Positions 25,859 through 35,884 of a stretch of DNA of 64,000 nt are shown here, piece by piece. Each line of letters starts with the position of its first letter. Position 1 is the first letter of the stretch. Location of the stretch: contig JBGPPL010000007.1 in assembly GCA_041488495.1 (NCBI GenBank), positions 30,855-94,854 of the forward strand, in the 5' to 3' direction. The notes under the pieces are model-generated. The model saw only the letters and a list, made by a program, of their open reading frames with translations. It was not told the origin of the DNA and did no database searches. Made by a program: the position numbers and the translations under genes. The DNA is from Terriglobia bacterium (GTDB lineage Bacteria > Acidobacteriota > Terriglobia > Acidiferrales > UBA7541).

Positions 25859-27319
25859 TCAGAGGTACGCCTTGCGTAGATACTGCACGGTGGATTGCAC
25901 GAGGTCGGCGTAGGAATCATGGAGGACGGCGTGTATGGCGTCCTCGATTGCAGATTGGGCGGCGATGCGGTCCAGGATTCGCTCGATGTCGCCCATGCCA
26001 TCCACATTCACAATCGCCTCGACGGTTGCGAGCGACCATGCGTACGCGCTGGAGGCGGTTTCTTTTGAAAGATTCAGCCAGGACGTTTCAAACGATGCGA
26101 GAGAAAATTCCATGTGCCGTTCGTACGCCGAGGAAAGCGCCGCCGCGGCGCCCCGGCTGCGTTTGCCTTCCATGTATTGCGCGATGCCTTCCTGTAGCCA
26201 GACGGGACACCGTCCGCCCGTTTTCTGCGCGACGAAACTATGCGTCAGTTCGTGCTTGAGGACGCGCGCCAGTTCGCCGGTCATGGAGGTCAGGCCTTCG
26301 ACAGGCACGCGGATGCGGCCGTCATTGAGCGCCCCGACCCAGCTCGGCGCGCGGGTGATGTCCATGAAGGTCTGATTGGTGTACAGGATCACCCCGATGG
26401 GCTCGGGAGGAACGTAGTTCAGAGTTGAAGCAACTTCTTCGAACTCGGCTTCGAGCGTTCGAAGAACGTCGCGCGCCAGTTCGGGCGCAGCACCGCCGTT
26501 GTAGCGCAGGCGGAAGTGGGCGGTTTCGCCTTCGCCGTATGTGGCTTCCTCTTGCGCATCGCGCTCGACCTTTTCGAGCGCATGCTGCACTTCGAGATCT
26601 GGTTTCAGCGCGAGGGCGCGCTTCCATTCCGAGACAGCGTCACTCGCGCGGTTCAATCCGTAATACGCCCAGCCGGCCAGCTTCGCGACATCCGGGGAAT
26701 CGGGCTCTATGCGACGGGCGCGATCGAGCAGATCGAGGGCCGTCGAATACTCGCTGCGCCGGAGGTGGAGATACGCGGTTTCGAGCAGCAGTCCGGCGTT
26801 TTCAGGCGCGTAGCGGAGCCCGGCATTATAGTGAGCAGCCGCTTGTCCGAAATCGCCCACGCTGATTTCGAATTGCGCCGCGGCCGTCTCGGCAGCGACA
26901 ACTCGGGCCACCGCCGTCGGTGTAGGATTTGCGTCCGCCTCGGATTCGAGCCGCGCGAGTAAGCTGAGGTCAAGCGAACCATCGCGCACCGCCGCGCGTG
27001 CGGCTTCGTCATTGGCGGGCGGAGCCAGCGCGTTCGGCGGCGCAATCGGCAGGTTGGCAGCCCGGTCCGCTGCCGTCCCGGCCTTGGAGTCCAGCGGCTC
27101 GGCATCGCGGACGACCTTGTCAACGATGGAAGCGGGCAGGCTCAGGCGACCGGCGGAGGTTTCGTAACTCACCTGGCCTTTTTCCTGCACGACATGAGAG
27201 GCGACTATTTTTCTGCCGTTCTTGAGATAGATGGTGTCGGCAGACACAGCTCGCGGGATAGCGGCGACAAGGCAGATGGCCGCAAAGAACCCAAGGGCAT
27301 GCGCTGCGAGGGACCGCAT
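25859..27319 (-). CDS. Secreted TPR-repeat protein with C-terminal MA-clan (HExxH) metallopeptidase-like domain
   Basis: The 486-aa ORF has a signal peptide (MRSLAAHALGFFAAICLVAAIPRAVSA). The middle section has TPR-like repeats. The C-terminal domain carries HELTH within LKHELTHSFV and a downstream WLQEGIAQY. Confidence 0.7.
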   Translation of the reverse strand: MRSLAAHALGFFAAICLVAAIPRAVSADTIYLKNGRKIVASHVVQEKGQVSYETSAGRLSLPASIVDKVVRDAEPLDSKAGTAADRAANLPIAPPNALAPPANDEAARAAVRDGSLDLSLLARLESEADANPTPTAVARVVAAETAAAQFEISVGDFGQAAAHYNAGLRYAPENAGLLLETAYLHLRRSEYSTALDLLDRARRIEPDSPDVAKLAGWAYYGLNRASDAVSEWKRALALKPDLEVQHALEKVERDAQEEATYGEGETAHFRLRYNGGAAPELARDVLRTLEAEFEEVASTLNYVPPEPIGVILYTNQTFMDITRAPSWVGALNDGRIRVPVEGLTSMTGELARVLKHELTHSFVAQKTGGRCPVWLQEGIAQYMEGKRSRGAAAALSSAYERHMEFSLASFETSWLNLSKETASSAYAWSLATVEAIVNVDGMGDIERILDRIAAQSAIEDAIHAVLHDSYADLVQSTVQYLRKAYL

Positions 27320-27399
27320 GAGGTTATCTTATCAAGCATGGCCATGGGCTTCTGTGGCACCTTGCTGCTTGATGCCCAAATTGCTACAGTCGGGCGATC

Positions 27400-29892
27400 A
27401 TGAGAATAGTGCTTCGAACGGTTCTTGCGGCTTTACTGGCGATGGGGGCATGTTCCGCCTCAATCGCCGCGGCGGGCTCGAGCATCCCGGATGCACCGCA
27501 GCGGCCGCGGGAGATCTATCAGGCGCTGAACGCGCTGCGAGTCGATACCGCTCAGATTTACGCCGTGAATGAACTCCGCCTGCGCCGCGACGCTGTCAGT
27601 CTGATCTTCTCCGATGGCATACTCGGCTTCCTGCAAGCCTACGACGGCCGCGTCACCGGCGTCGTGTTTTCCGGCCGCGGCCACGTGAGCGCGAATCTAC
27701 GCGATCCCTCCGAAAAACAATCCCTCGCGCATTTTCTGGGCGTCCCGTTGCTCGACCAGAGTTTTTCGCGCGCCTATTTGCGTTTTGACGACGGCTCAGC
27801 CGAGGAAATCCTCGACCAATTGCGCCGCTCGAGCGCGAGCCCGATGAGCGCTTACGATTTTGGAAGCACATGGGACAAAGCCCTCGCGAACCTGAACCCG
27901 GACCAATCCACGCGCCTGTTGATGGACTGGGTGGCCGAAACACCGGTGCCGTATTTCTACGCCGAACTCCTGGACGAGCAGCTGGGGGCGTTCGATATCC
28001 TGATCGACGGCCGCAGGACCGACACCGTGATGATCGGGCAAGAGCGCTGGGCAAGCGGAAATCATTACTACGACGTGTGGGCTTCCTTCGTGGGGTCGAA
28101 CGCGCCCCCGGCTCCGCCACCGACCTTCGTGCCGGTTTCGTATGGGATCGACACAACGATCGGGAACGACCGGAGCCTCGAGGGTACGACCACAATTGAA
28201 ATACGAGCCGGCGGGAGTGGAGAGCGCGGCATTGCACTGGAACTCTCGCGGTTCCTCACGGTGCAATCCGCGCAGGATGCCGATGGCCGCACGCTCGATT
28301 TCTTTCAAAATGAGGCGCTCAGCCGGAATCAGTTGGCCGAGCGTGGCAACGACATAGTGCTTGTGATCCTGCCGGAGCCTCCGCGCGCGGGCCAGACCTA
28401 CCGCATTCGATTGTCTTACCGCGGCAGCGTCATCAGCGACGCGGGAAACGGCGTGTACTTCGTGGGGGATCGCGGGAGCTGGTATCCGCACCTCGGGGGA
28501 ATGGCACAGTTCGCGCAATTCGACAACACGTTTCACTGGCCACGAAAGCTCCGGTTGGTGGCAACGGGACAAAAAGTCGAGGAACGTGAGGAAGGCGACC
28601 GGCGCTTCGGCCAGTGGCGGTCGGAAGGACCAGCCGTGGTAGCCGGGTTCAACTTGGGTGATTATGTGATCGAAAATATGAATGCGGTGGATGGCGTCAA
28701 AATCGAGTTGGCCGCGAATTCGGCGCTCGAAAAGGCAATCGCGGAGCGGCTCGGTTCGCAAACAATCGTTGGAACGGTGGCCCCTGAGCCGATGAGGCCG
28801 AACCGGCGCCTGCGTCCCCCCCTAGTCCTCGCGGAAGACCCTCCGGTGCAACTCGCCGGTCCGTTGAAGGAACTTGGCCAAGAAATCGCCGAAGCAATTC
28901 GCTTTGGACAAAAGTGGATGGGGCCTTTCCCGTTCCACCAGCTCGTGGTGTCTCAAGTTCCGGGGACAGTCGGGCAGGGCTTCCCCGGACTCCTCTATTT
29001 GCCCTCACTTTCATTCTTGTCGCCCACAACGCAACAACGCGTCGGAATGAGCGGCAACGCGCAGGAATCCTTGGATGAAATCATTCCCTACCACGAGGTC
29101 GCGCACCAGTGGTGGGGCAACGTCGTCGGCTGGGACAACTACCGCGACCAGTGGCTCAACGAGGGATTGGCGAACTACATCGCACTCGCCGGCGCCGAGG
29201 AGGGGAAACCAGGCGCCCACCTGCTCACGCACTGGCTCGATCGTTATCGCAAAGACCTGACTTCCCGGGTTTCGGGCCAGGAAAACACGGTGGATGATGC
29301 GGGCCCTTTGGTGCAAGGAACCCGCTTGCGTTCTTCGCGCGATCCGGACGCCTTCGAGAAAATCATTTACGGCAAGAGCACATGGATATTCCACATGCTG
29401 CGTATGATGCTGCAAGATCCCGCGTCCAAGAATCCTGACGAACGCTTTATCGGGCTGCTGCACGGCTTGCTGGAATCGTATCGCTATCGCGCCCTGACGA
29501 CGGAAGATCTTCAGAAGGCGGTCGAGCGCGTCATGACACCCGCCATGGATATCGAGGGCGGACGTTCGATGGATTGGTTCTTCGAGCAATACGTTCGTTC
29601 GACGGGAGTGCCGGTCTACCAATTGGAGTACTCTGTGCGGCCTGGTCCGAAAGGTTTCCTGGTGCGAGGCAAATTGATTCAGAAAAATGTTTCGGACGAT
29701 TTCGTTCTCAGCGTGCCGATTTATGGGCAGGCGCAGGGTTCGAAACCAGCGCTTTTGGGCCATGTCGTCACGTCGGGAGAAGAGACTTCGTTTCAGTTCG
29801 TGACTGCGGCGCTCCCCAAGCGCCTGTTGCTCGATCCTCAAATGACGCTGTTGTGCGTGTCGTCTTCCTCCTCCTCACCGGCCCCCGAATAG
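27400..29892 (+). CDS. M1 (aminopeptidase N-like) family zinc metallopeptidase, secreted
   Basis: The 830-aa ORF has a signal peptide. The gluzincin signature is HEVAHQWWGNVVGWDNYRDQWLNEGLANY (HExxH-X18-E). I saw no canonical GxMEN exopeptidase motif. Confidence 0.85.
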   Translation: MRIVLRTVLAALLAMGACSASIAAAGSSIPDAPQRPREIYQALNALRVDTAQIYAVNELRLRRDAVSLIFSDGILGFLQAYDGRVTGVVFSGRGHVSANLRDPSEKQSLAHFLGVPLLDQSFSRAYLRFDDGSAEEILDQLRRSSASPMSAYDFGSTWDKALANLNPDQSTRLLMDWVAETPVPYFYAELLDEQLGAFDILIDGRRTDTVMIGQERWASGNHYYDVWASFVGSNAPPAPPPTFVPVSYGIDTTIGNDRSLEGTTTIEIRAGGSGERGIALELSRFLTVQSAQDADGRTLDFFQNEALSRNQLAERGNDIVLVILPEPPRAGQTYRIRLSYRGSVISDAGNGVYFVGDRGSWYPHLGGMAQFAQFDNTFHWPRKLRLVATGQKVEEREEGDRRFGQWRSEGPAVVAGFNLGDYVIENMNAVDGVKIELAANSALEKAIAERLGSQTIVGTVAPEPMRPNRRLRPPLVLAEDPPVQLAGPLKELGQEIAEAIRFGQKWMGPFPFHQLVVSQVPGTVGQGFPGLLYLPSLSFLSPTTQQRVGMSGNAQESLDEIIPYHEVAHQWWGNVVGWDNYRDQWLNEGLANYIALAGAEEGKPGAHLLTHWLDRYRKDLTSRVSGQENTVDDAGPLVQGTRLRSSRDPDAFEKIIYGKSTWIFHMLRMMLQDPASKNPDERFIGLLHGLLESYRYRALTTEDLQKAVERVMTPAMDIEGGRSMDWFFEQYVRSTGVPVYQLEYSVRPGPKGFLVRGKLIQKNVSDDFVLSVPIYGQAQGSKPALLGHVVTSGEETSFQFVTAALPKRLLLDPQMTLLCVSSSSSSPAPE

Positions 29893-29974
29893 AGCGATGT
29901 AGCCTCTCACAGTGGCAAACGCAAGAGCTCGGGGGAAATCTTGTTCGCACTGCAGGTATGGGAATGCGCGTCAC

Positions 29975-30011
29975 CGAAAAAGAAAAGGGCGGCCAATCTC
30001 TGGCCGCCCTT
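29975..30011 (-). terminator. Rho-independent terminator for the 30038..30718 gene
   Basis: The perfect 11-bp stem aagggcggcca/tggccgccctt has the loop atctc. On the minus strand it is followed by ttctttttcgg. Confidence 0.6.
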
Positions 30012-30037
30012 ACACAAAAATTCCGATTAGTAGGGGA

Positions 30038-30718
30038 TTACAAGCCGCACGGGCTTACCAACGCACGCCAGATCCCGATGCCCGTGCCTGCCGCAACGCC
30101 GCCAGCGATGAGGAAGAATACGAGACGGCGACGGCGCCCCGTGTGCGCCGGCCCGGCACCCTGCCGGCCCGGATCGTCAGGCTGGGCTTCCATGCGGTAG
30201 GAGCTGCCAGCTTCAATCGTTTTGACTTCGCCGCCCAGGGAGACTTCAATCGCTCCACGGTTGCTGGTCAACAATAATTCGTTGGCGTTCACCAAGGTCA
30301 CTTGCGCTACGGTCGCTTGCGTGCCCACTGGGCGAATGGTCGCGCCGTTGGCCAGCAATTGAAAGGTCTGCCCTTCTGGTGAGGAAACAACCACGGTCCC
30401 GCGCATCAAACTTGCTGAGAAACCGTTCGAAAGGCCATGGACCTCAGCCGCAGTACCTTCGCGCAGGTACATTTGCGATCCGCCCAAACGAGCGCGCAAG
30501 GTTCCGTCACCCTGGGTTTCCAGGCGATCGCCTTCATAAATTGTAGCGCCGCCAAACGTTATGTCTACACCCAGGTGGGCACGATCCGCCTGCAGAACCA
30601 CGCCGAGCGGGGCAGACGCCGGATTCACCGGCATTGCAAACGCGGGGATTCCGATGAGCGCCGCAGCCAGCACGGCAGCCAGACTAGACAAAAATAGTGT
30701 TCGCACGAAATCCTCCAA
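30038..30718 (-). CDS. Hypothetical exported protein with C-terminal membrane anchor
   Basis: The 226-aa ORF has an N-terminal signal-like segment and a beta-rich middle. The C-terminus is RRRRLVFFLIAGGVAAGTGIGIW. I recognise no confident family; it may be FecR-like. Confidence 0.6.
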   Translation of the reverse strand: MEDFVRTLFLSSLAAVLAAALIGIPAFAMPVNPASAPLGVVLQADRAHLGVDITFGGATIYEGDRLETQGDGTLRARLGGSQMYLREGTAAEVHGLSNGFSASLMRGTVVVSSPEGQTFQLLANGATIRPVGTQATVAQVTLVNANELLLTSNRGAIEVSLGGEVKTIEAGSSYRMEAQPDDPGRQGAGPAHTGRRRRLVFFLIAGGVAAGTGIGIWRALVSPCGL

Positions 30719-30874
30719 GAGGGTTACGCTACAAGACTAAGAAGATGTGGCGAAGCTGTCAACACGCTTTTGAGGCATTGCGCGTAAAGTGCACCCCTCC
30801 GGGGCACTAGGAATTATGGGACTAAGGTACTAGTGCTCAACGTCTTGGCTGCGAAATCTTCCTCCCGGAAAGCC

Positions 30875-32560
30875 TCAGGGCGCACTCCCGGAGGAACGCA
30901 AAGAAGCATCACGGATCGCCTTGAATTCTGCGCCGGGTTTCCATTCAGGCATGCGGGAAGCATTGGCAATTTGATAGCCGACCAGGAAATAAAGCTGGCT
31001 GTCCTGGAGGGCGCCGCTCAGATCCCAGTCCGGTTTAATCGTGTCCGACGGCTTGTGGTACCTCTCGGCGGTATACTTGCGCCGAGCCTCCATGCCCCAC
31101 CCGTCGGGTTTACCGATAAAATCCACTCCTTCGTCGGGATCGAACGCGGGAACTCCCCTCTTGGCAAATTCGAAATGATCGGAGCGATAGTAAAAACCCT
31201 TTTCGGGCTCGGGATCTGTCTTCACGACGCGGCCCTGTCCCTTTGCGACGGCCTCGACAATTTCGTCGAGCGTCGAGGCGCCACGGCCGATCTGCACAAT
31301 ATCTCTTGTTAGACCGTGAACGTTCATCCCGTCCATGTTGATATCCGCAGCCGTGCGCGCGAGCGGATAGAATGGATGCTCCGCATAGTATTGCGAGCCC
31401 AGCAAGCCTTGTTCTTCACCGGTGACTGAAAGGAACAGGATCGTTCGTGACGGCGGCTTCCGAAGCTCCTTGTAGGCGCGCGCCATCTCCAGCAACGCCG
31501 CCGTTCCCGAGGCGTTGTCCACGGCGCCGTGGTAGATCTTGTCTCCATTGACCTCCGGCCCGATTCCGAAGTGATCCCAGTGCGCCGTGTACACGACGTA
31601 TGTGTTCTTCAAATCCGGGTCGCTCCCGGTAATTTTCGCGATTACATTGTGCGAATCGATGGTCTGCAGAGAATTGTGAATCGCCAGCTTCTCATGGATG
31701 CCGAGCAGGACGGGTTTGAAATCACGGCGGGCGGCGGCCTGGATGAGCTTGCCCAGATCCTGGCCGGCCAAGCGGAACAGCTTGCTGGCGAAATCCGAAG
31801 TGATCCAACTTTCCACCGCCAGCCGCCCCATATTCTTGTCCGGCGTCGCCAGGTCAAACTGTGTGCCACTCCAGCTATTGCGTACGACTTCCCAGGGATA
31901 GCCGGCGCGATCGGTCTGGTGAATGATGACGCATCCCGCCGCTCCCAGCTGGGCAGCCTTCTCGAACTTGTAGGTCCATCGGCCGTAGTAAGTCATGGCC
32001 GTGCCGCCGAATGTCTTGGGGTCGAGCTTTGCTGGGTCGGATGGGTCGGGCACGGGCGGGTCGTTGATGAGCACCACGATCATCTTGCCCTTGACGTCCA
32101 CGCCCTTGAAATCGTCCCACTGGAATTCCGGCGCCTGAACGCCGTAGCCCACGAAGACCATATCGGCATCCACGGAAGACGACTCCGTGACGCGCTTTGA
32201 CCAGGCGACGTAGTCGTCCTGAAATTTCGGATCGAGCGTGCGGCCATGTCCTGCCAGCGTCAGTTTCATACTTTTGTCCGGCGTGATGCCCACCAGAGGC
32301 ACGCTCTGAAAATAGGTGCCATCGGGGTTCCCGGGCTCAAGACCGGACGAGCGATATTGGTCCTCGAGGTATTTGATCGTGAGTTGCTCGCCCTTCGAGC
32401 CCGGGCCGCGGCCTTCAAACTCGTCCGAAGAAAGCGTGCGAATATGGCCGAGGAGGCGGTCGGTGGAAAAGGAGCGCAGGCCTGCGTCAGGAGCACTGGG
32501 CGCGCGGGAGCAACCGGAGAGCCCCATGATCGTTACACCGGCTACGAGTAATCCGAGCAA
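30875..32560 (-). CDS. M28 family aminopeptidase with PA domain, probable lipoprotein (start uncertain)
   Basis: The M28 motifs are HWDHFG, DNASGTAALLEMAR and GEEQGLLGSQYY. The lipobox is TIMGLSGC. The tracked ORF (to 32845) reads through a repeat element. I place the start at the TTG at 32560, with the ATG at 32527 as an alternative. No ATG or GTG precedes the RVRRH n-region. Confidence 0.75.
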   Translation of the reverse strand: MLGLLVAGVTIMGLSGCSRAPSAPDAGLRSFSTDRLLGHIRTLSSDEFEGRGPGSKGEQLTIKYLEDQYRSSGLEPGNPDGTYFQSVPLVGITPDKSMKLTLAGHGRTLDPKFQDDYVAWSKRVTESSSVDADMVFVGYGVQAPEFQWDDFKGVDVKGKMIVVLINDPPVPDPSDPAKLDPKTFGGTAMTYYGRWTYKFEKAAQLGAAGCVIIHQTDRAGYPWEVVRNSWSGTQFDLATPDKNMGRLAVESWITSDFASKLFRLAGQDLGKLIQAAARRDFKPVLLGIHEKLAIHNSLQTIDSHNVIAKITGSDPDLKNTYVVYTAHWDHFGIGPEVNGDKIYHGAVDNASGTAALLEMARAYKELRKPPSRTILFLSVTGEEQGLLGSQYYAEHPFYPLARTAADINMDGMNVHGLTRDIVQIGRGASTLDEIVEAVAKGQGRVVKTDPEPEKGFYYRSDHFEFAKRGVPAFDPDEGVDFIGKPDGWGMEARRKYTAERYHKPSDTIKPDWDLSGALQDSQLYFLVGYQIANASRMPEWKPGAEFKAIRDASLRSSGSAP

Positions 32561-32603
32561 GTGGCGGCGAACTCTACCAGGTTGTTGAAAGACTGTCTTG
32601 AAG

Positions 32604-32689
32604 GTGTCATTCCGAGAAGCGAAACGACGAGGAATCTCTCTTTTCTTGGCTTTTTTCCAGGAGCGATTCCTCGCTTCGCTCGGAATGAC
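32604..32689. repeat. Third copy of the palindromic repeat family (simple form)
   Basis: The arms of gtgtcattccgagaagcgaaacgacgaggaatc-N27-gattcctcgcttcgctcggaatgac are reverse complements. The repeat translates to the peptide strings VIPSEARN and IPRFARNDG in the tracked ORFs. Confidence 0.75.
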
Positions 32690-32862
32690 GGACTCGGAGA
32701 TCGTTCTCAACAAATTGTTGAAGTAACCCAATGGTGCCTCCATCACAGCCCAATCGAAGAACTTGGCATAAGGCTGCATGTTATCTCGCATCGGCTCAGG
32801 TAACAACCCGTGCCATATTGCGATTCGTTCGCCCCAGGACCACAATTCGATCGGGAGATAGT

Positions 32863-33075
32863 ATGGCTTCCTTTCAGCCGGGCCAATCCGTTCGTGTCAA
32901 CCTTGCCGGCATACAGGCTGGAGACGTACTTTTCCACGCCGCTGTCACCGCCGCGGTTGGTCATATCCTCCGCCAAACATCGGAAGATCCACCGAAGTAT
33001 TTGGTCAAACTACTTTTTTCATTTCGCGGAGTGAGCGAGGTGGAAATTGCCGGAGACCGCATTGTGGCTGCATGA
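32863..33075 (+). CDS. Hypothetical small protein (70 aa)
   Basis: The ORF 32731..33075 was trimmed to M45 (MASFQPGQSVRVNLAG...). A GGGAGA Shine-Dalgarno-like sequence lies a few nt upstream. I recognise no family. Confidence 0.35.
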   Translation: MASFQPGQSVRVNLAGIQAGDVLFHAAVTAAVGHILRQTSEDPPKYLVKLLFSFRGVSEVEIAGDRIVAA

Positions 33076-33202
33076 CTCCCGGTGGCTGCCTTTCCGCTGT
33101 TTTGCTCCATGCGTCATGGAAGTCCCCGCGACCCATTCTGATGGGGCATACCTGGGTTAGAATGTTCGAGCGAACTGCGGAAAAGTCCCGCACGAGGTCC
33201 CA

Positions 33203-34075
33203 GTGATCCATCGCTATGTGTTCCACAACGACCGCCTTGTTCCGATCGAGCAGGTACGTCTTTCTCCCGGCCAGGCCGGCTTGCTCAGCGGCTGGGGATT
33301 GTTCACGACGATGCGGATTTTTCAGGGCGAAGCCTTCGCCTACGAACGTCACTGGCGTCGCCTCGAAAAAGATGCCGACCGCACGCGGCTTCCCTTCCCG
33401 CTCGATCCGGCGCAAGTCCGGCGCCACTTGAGCGAACTGTTGAACGCCAATCAAGTTGTGGAAGGCACCGCTCGAATCTACATGATCTATAACCGCGTCG
33501 GATTCTGGCAGAGCGATGAACCCATGCCGCAGGTGGACTTGATTCTCTGCACGGCCGGGCTGCCGGCCCACCCGGAGCAAGCGCGCCTGAGTATCGCCGA
33601 ACACGGGCGCCATGCGGCCTCGCCGCTCGCCGGCGTGAAAGTCACTTCCTGGCTGAACAATGTCTGGCACCTGGCCGAAGCGCAGAAGGAAGGCTGGAGC
33701 GAAGTCGTGCTGCTCAACGAGCGCGGGGAGGTGGCCGAGTGCACGACGGCGAACATTTTCTGTGTGAAGGACGGCAGGGTCACGACGCCGCCGTTGTCAT
33801 CCGGTTGCCTCGAAGGGGTGACGCGCAGCGTGCTGATCGAGATTGCTCCCCGCAGCGGCGTGCCGATGATCGAGCAGACCCTGACGCCGGAAGACCTCTA
33901 CGCCGCCGATGAAATATTCATCACGTCGACCAATCGCAACCTGCTTGGGGTGAACGAAATCGCCGGCCACAAGTATGCGGCCGCACCCGGTCCCGTCGCG
34001 CAGAAGCTCGAACGCGCTTTTGATGCGGCCATGCGCGAATACGTCGCGCAGCGAATCGCCAGCGCCCGCACCTGA
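33203..34075 (+). CDS. Class IV (fold type IV) PLP aminotransferase / aminodeoxychorismate lyase-like
   Basis: The 290-aa ORF contains GLLSGWGLFTTMR, VKVTSWLNNV, ECTTANIF, GCLEGVTR and FITSTNR. This is the typical layout of the BCAT/DAAT/PabC family. Confidence 0.85.
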   Translation: MIHRYVFHNDRLVPIEQVRLSPGQAGLLSGWGLFTTMRIFQGEAFAYERHWRRLEKDADRTRLPFPLDPAQVRRHLSELLNANQVVEGTARIYMIYNRVGFWQSDEPMPQVDLILCTAGLPAHPEQARLSIAEHGRHAASPLAGVKVTSWLNNVWHLAEAQKEGWSEVVLLNERGEVAECTTANIFCVKDGRVTTPPLSSGCLEGVTRSVLIEIAPRSGVPMIEQTLTPEDLYAADEIFITSTNRNLLGVNEIAGHKYAAAPGPVAQKLERAFDAAMREYVAQRIASART

Positions 34076-34123
34076 CCGGCGAATCGCTGTAACATTTTCC
34101 CCGGCCGCACTTCGCGCGAGAGC

Positions 34124-34408
34124 TTATCCCTCGACCTTCACGCCTTTCCAGAAGGCAATGCGGCCTTTGACCTGCTTCGCCGCGTCTTTTGGCTCAGGGT
34201 AATACCAGGCGGCATTTGGATTCCGTTTGCCACGAACTTCAAGATCGTAATAATGTGCCACGCCTTTCCAAGGGCACACGGTCGTCGTCGAACTGGGGCG
34301 CAGATGTTCGTGCGCGACCGCTTCGGCGGGAAAATAATGGTTCACTTCCACCACCACGCAAGCATCGCTTTCCGCCAGAACCGTTCCTTCCCATGTGGCT
34401 CTGGTCAT
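34124..34408 (-). CDS. DUF427 domain protein
   Basis: The 94-aa ORF contains GTVLAESD...HYFP...CPWKGVAHYYDL...NAAWYYPEP...IAFW, which matches the DUF427 pattern. Confidence 0.8.
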   Translation of the reverse strand: MTRATWEGTVLAESDACVVVEVNHYFPAEAVAHEHLRPSSTTTVCPWKGVAHYYDLEVRGKRNPNAAWYYPEPKDAAKQVKGRIAFWKGVKVEG

Positions 34409-34456
34409 CCTGTCTCCTGGGGGGACAGTGCGGCTCGAGGCGAGGCGCGACTAATG

Positions 34457-35884
34457 CTATTTACTCGAAGACAAGACTTTCACGAGGCGGTACAAATACT
34501 CCTGCCCGTCATGGAAGGACTTGACGAGAACACGTTCGTCCCTGCCGTGGGCGCGGACGTCGTCGATGTCGCCAGCGAGGCCGGAAGTGCCATAGGTGGG
34601 AATGCCGGCATTGCGCAGGAAGCTGCCATCGGTTGCGCCGGCACCCATCGTCGGAATCACCGGGACGCCCGGCCAGAATTCCGATGTCACGCGCTCTATC
34701 GCCTGCACGATTTCCGGATTAAGGGATGACGGCTTGCTGTAAACGTGCGTCCACGTGGGAGTCACAGAGATCTGATTGTCGTCCACGACTCGCACGAGCG
34801 TCTTCTGAACTTCTTCGACTGGTTCGCCTGGAAGGACGCGGCAATTGACTGTGGCTTGCGCCCTTTGCGGCAGGGCGTTAAAAGCGTGCCCTGCCTCGAG
34901 CATCGTCGCGACACACGTTGTGCGAAGCTGCGCGTTGTACGCAGGCATCGCGGAGAGGCGAGCGACCGCGGCCGGATCGGGTCGTCCGGAGGCAACGGAA
35001 TTCATTGCCGCGCCGACTTGCGGGTCCTCCAACGCGGCGGCCCGTTCAAGCCATGCGCGCGTCGTCTCGTTCAGCACGACCGGAAAATCGTATTTCGAGA
35101 GTCGTGAAAGGCCTTCCGCCAGATGGTAGATGGCGTTGTCCTTGCTTGGCAGCGAGCTGTGTCCGCCCGAGTTCTTTACTTCGAAGCTGTAATTGACGGG
35201 CACTTTCTCGCTGGTCTGCACGCTGTTACGCAGGGCCTTCCCGTTTTTTAAATCCACCCTGCCGCCTTCGTTCAACGCAAACTCGGCATCGATCAGATCA
35301 CGATGATTCTTGAGCATCCACTGGACCCCGACGGCATTGACGTCGAGAATCTCCTCATCCGTCTCAAGCAACAGGATGATGTCGCGGTCAGGCCTGTAGC
35401 CTTCCTGCTTGTAGCGGATCATGTTCGCAACGAACATCGCCGCCATGAACTTGTCGTCCCCGGAACCACGGCCGTAGAAGTAGCCATCCTTTTCCAGAAG
35501 TTTGAAAGGATCGAACGACCAATCCTCTCGCCGCGCTTCGACCACATCGAGATGCGCCATCAACAAGATCGGCTTGCGAGCGCGGGCGCCGCGCAGCCGC
35601 GCCACGAGATTCCCCTTGCGCGGCGCAGACGTGAACACCTGGACGTCAGAGCCGGCGAAACCCGCGGCACGGAGCCGCGCGGCCATCGCCTCCGCCGCCT
35701 TGGCCGTGTCCCCCGTGGCGGTTACAGTGTTGATTTCAACGAGTTCCTTGTAAATATCGCGTGCGAGCTGCTGGTTGGGAGAAAGCGTCTGAGCGGTGAT
35801 TGAGAATGGCGCGCTGGTGAGCGCGATGAATAGATAAACCAACATACCGGGCGGGTTCACGGAACTCATGTGGTGCTCCTTCAA
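34457..35884 (-). CDS. Secreted M20/M25/M40 family metallopeptidase
   Basis: The 475-aa ORF has a signal peptide. It contains MAHLDVV, GRGSGDDK, ETDEE and GGHSS. Confidence 0.85.
   Translation of the reverse strand: MKEHHMSSVNPPGMLVYLFIALTSAPFSITAQTLSPNQQLARDIYKELVEINTVTATGDTAKAAEAMAARLRAAGFAGSDVQVFTSAPRKGNLVARLRGARARKPILLMAHLDVVEARREDWSFDPFKLLEKDGYFYGRGSGDDKFMAAMFVANMIRYKQEGYRPDRDIILLLETDEEILDVNAVGVQWMLKNHRDLIDAEFALNEGGRVDLKNGKALRNSVQTSEKVPVNYSFEVKNSGGHSSLPSKDNAIYHLAEGLSRLSKYDFPVVLNETTRAWLERAAALEDPQVGAAMNSVASGRPDPAAVARLSAMPAYNAQLRTTCVATMLEAGHAFNALPQRAQATVNCRVLPGEPVEEVQKTLVRVVDDNQISVTPTWTHVYSKPSSLNPEIVQAIERVTSEFWPGVPVIPTMGAGATDGSFLRNAGIPTYGTSGLAGDIDDVRAHGRDERVLVKSFHDGQEYLYRLVKVLSSSK

Noticed and set aside
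32561-32845. The N-terminal 95 codons of the tracked 656-aa M28 ORF.
   Set aside because: This segment is translated from a copy of the palindromic repeat (VIPSEARN...RRFASRND) and from sequence upstream of a complete lipoprotein signal peptide. It is more likely non-coding 5' region than a genuine extension. The ambiguity is reported as a finding instead.
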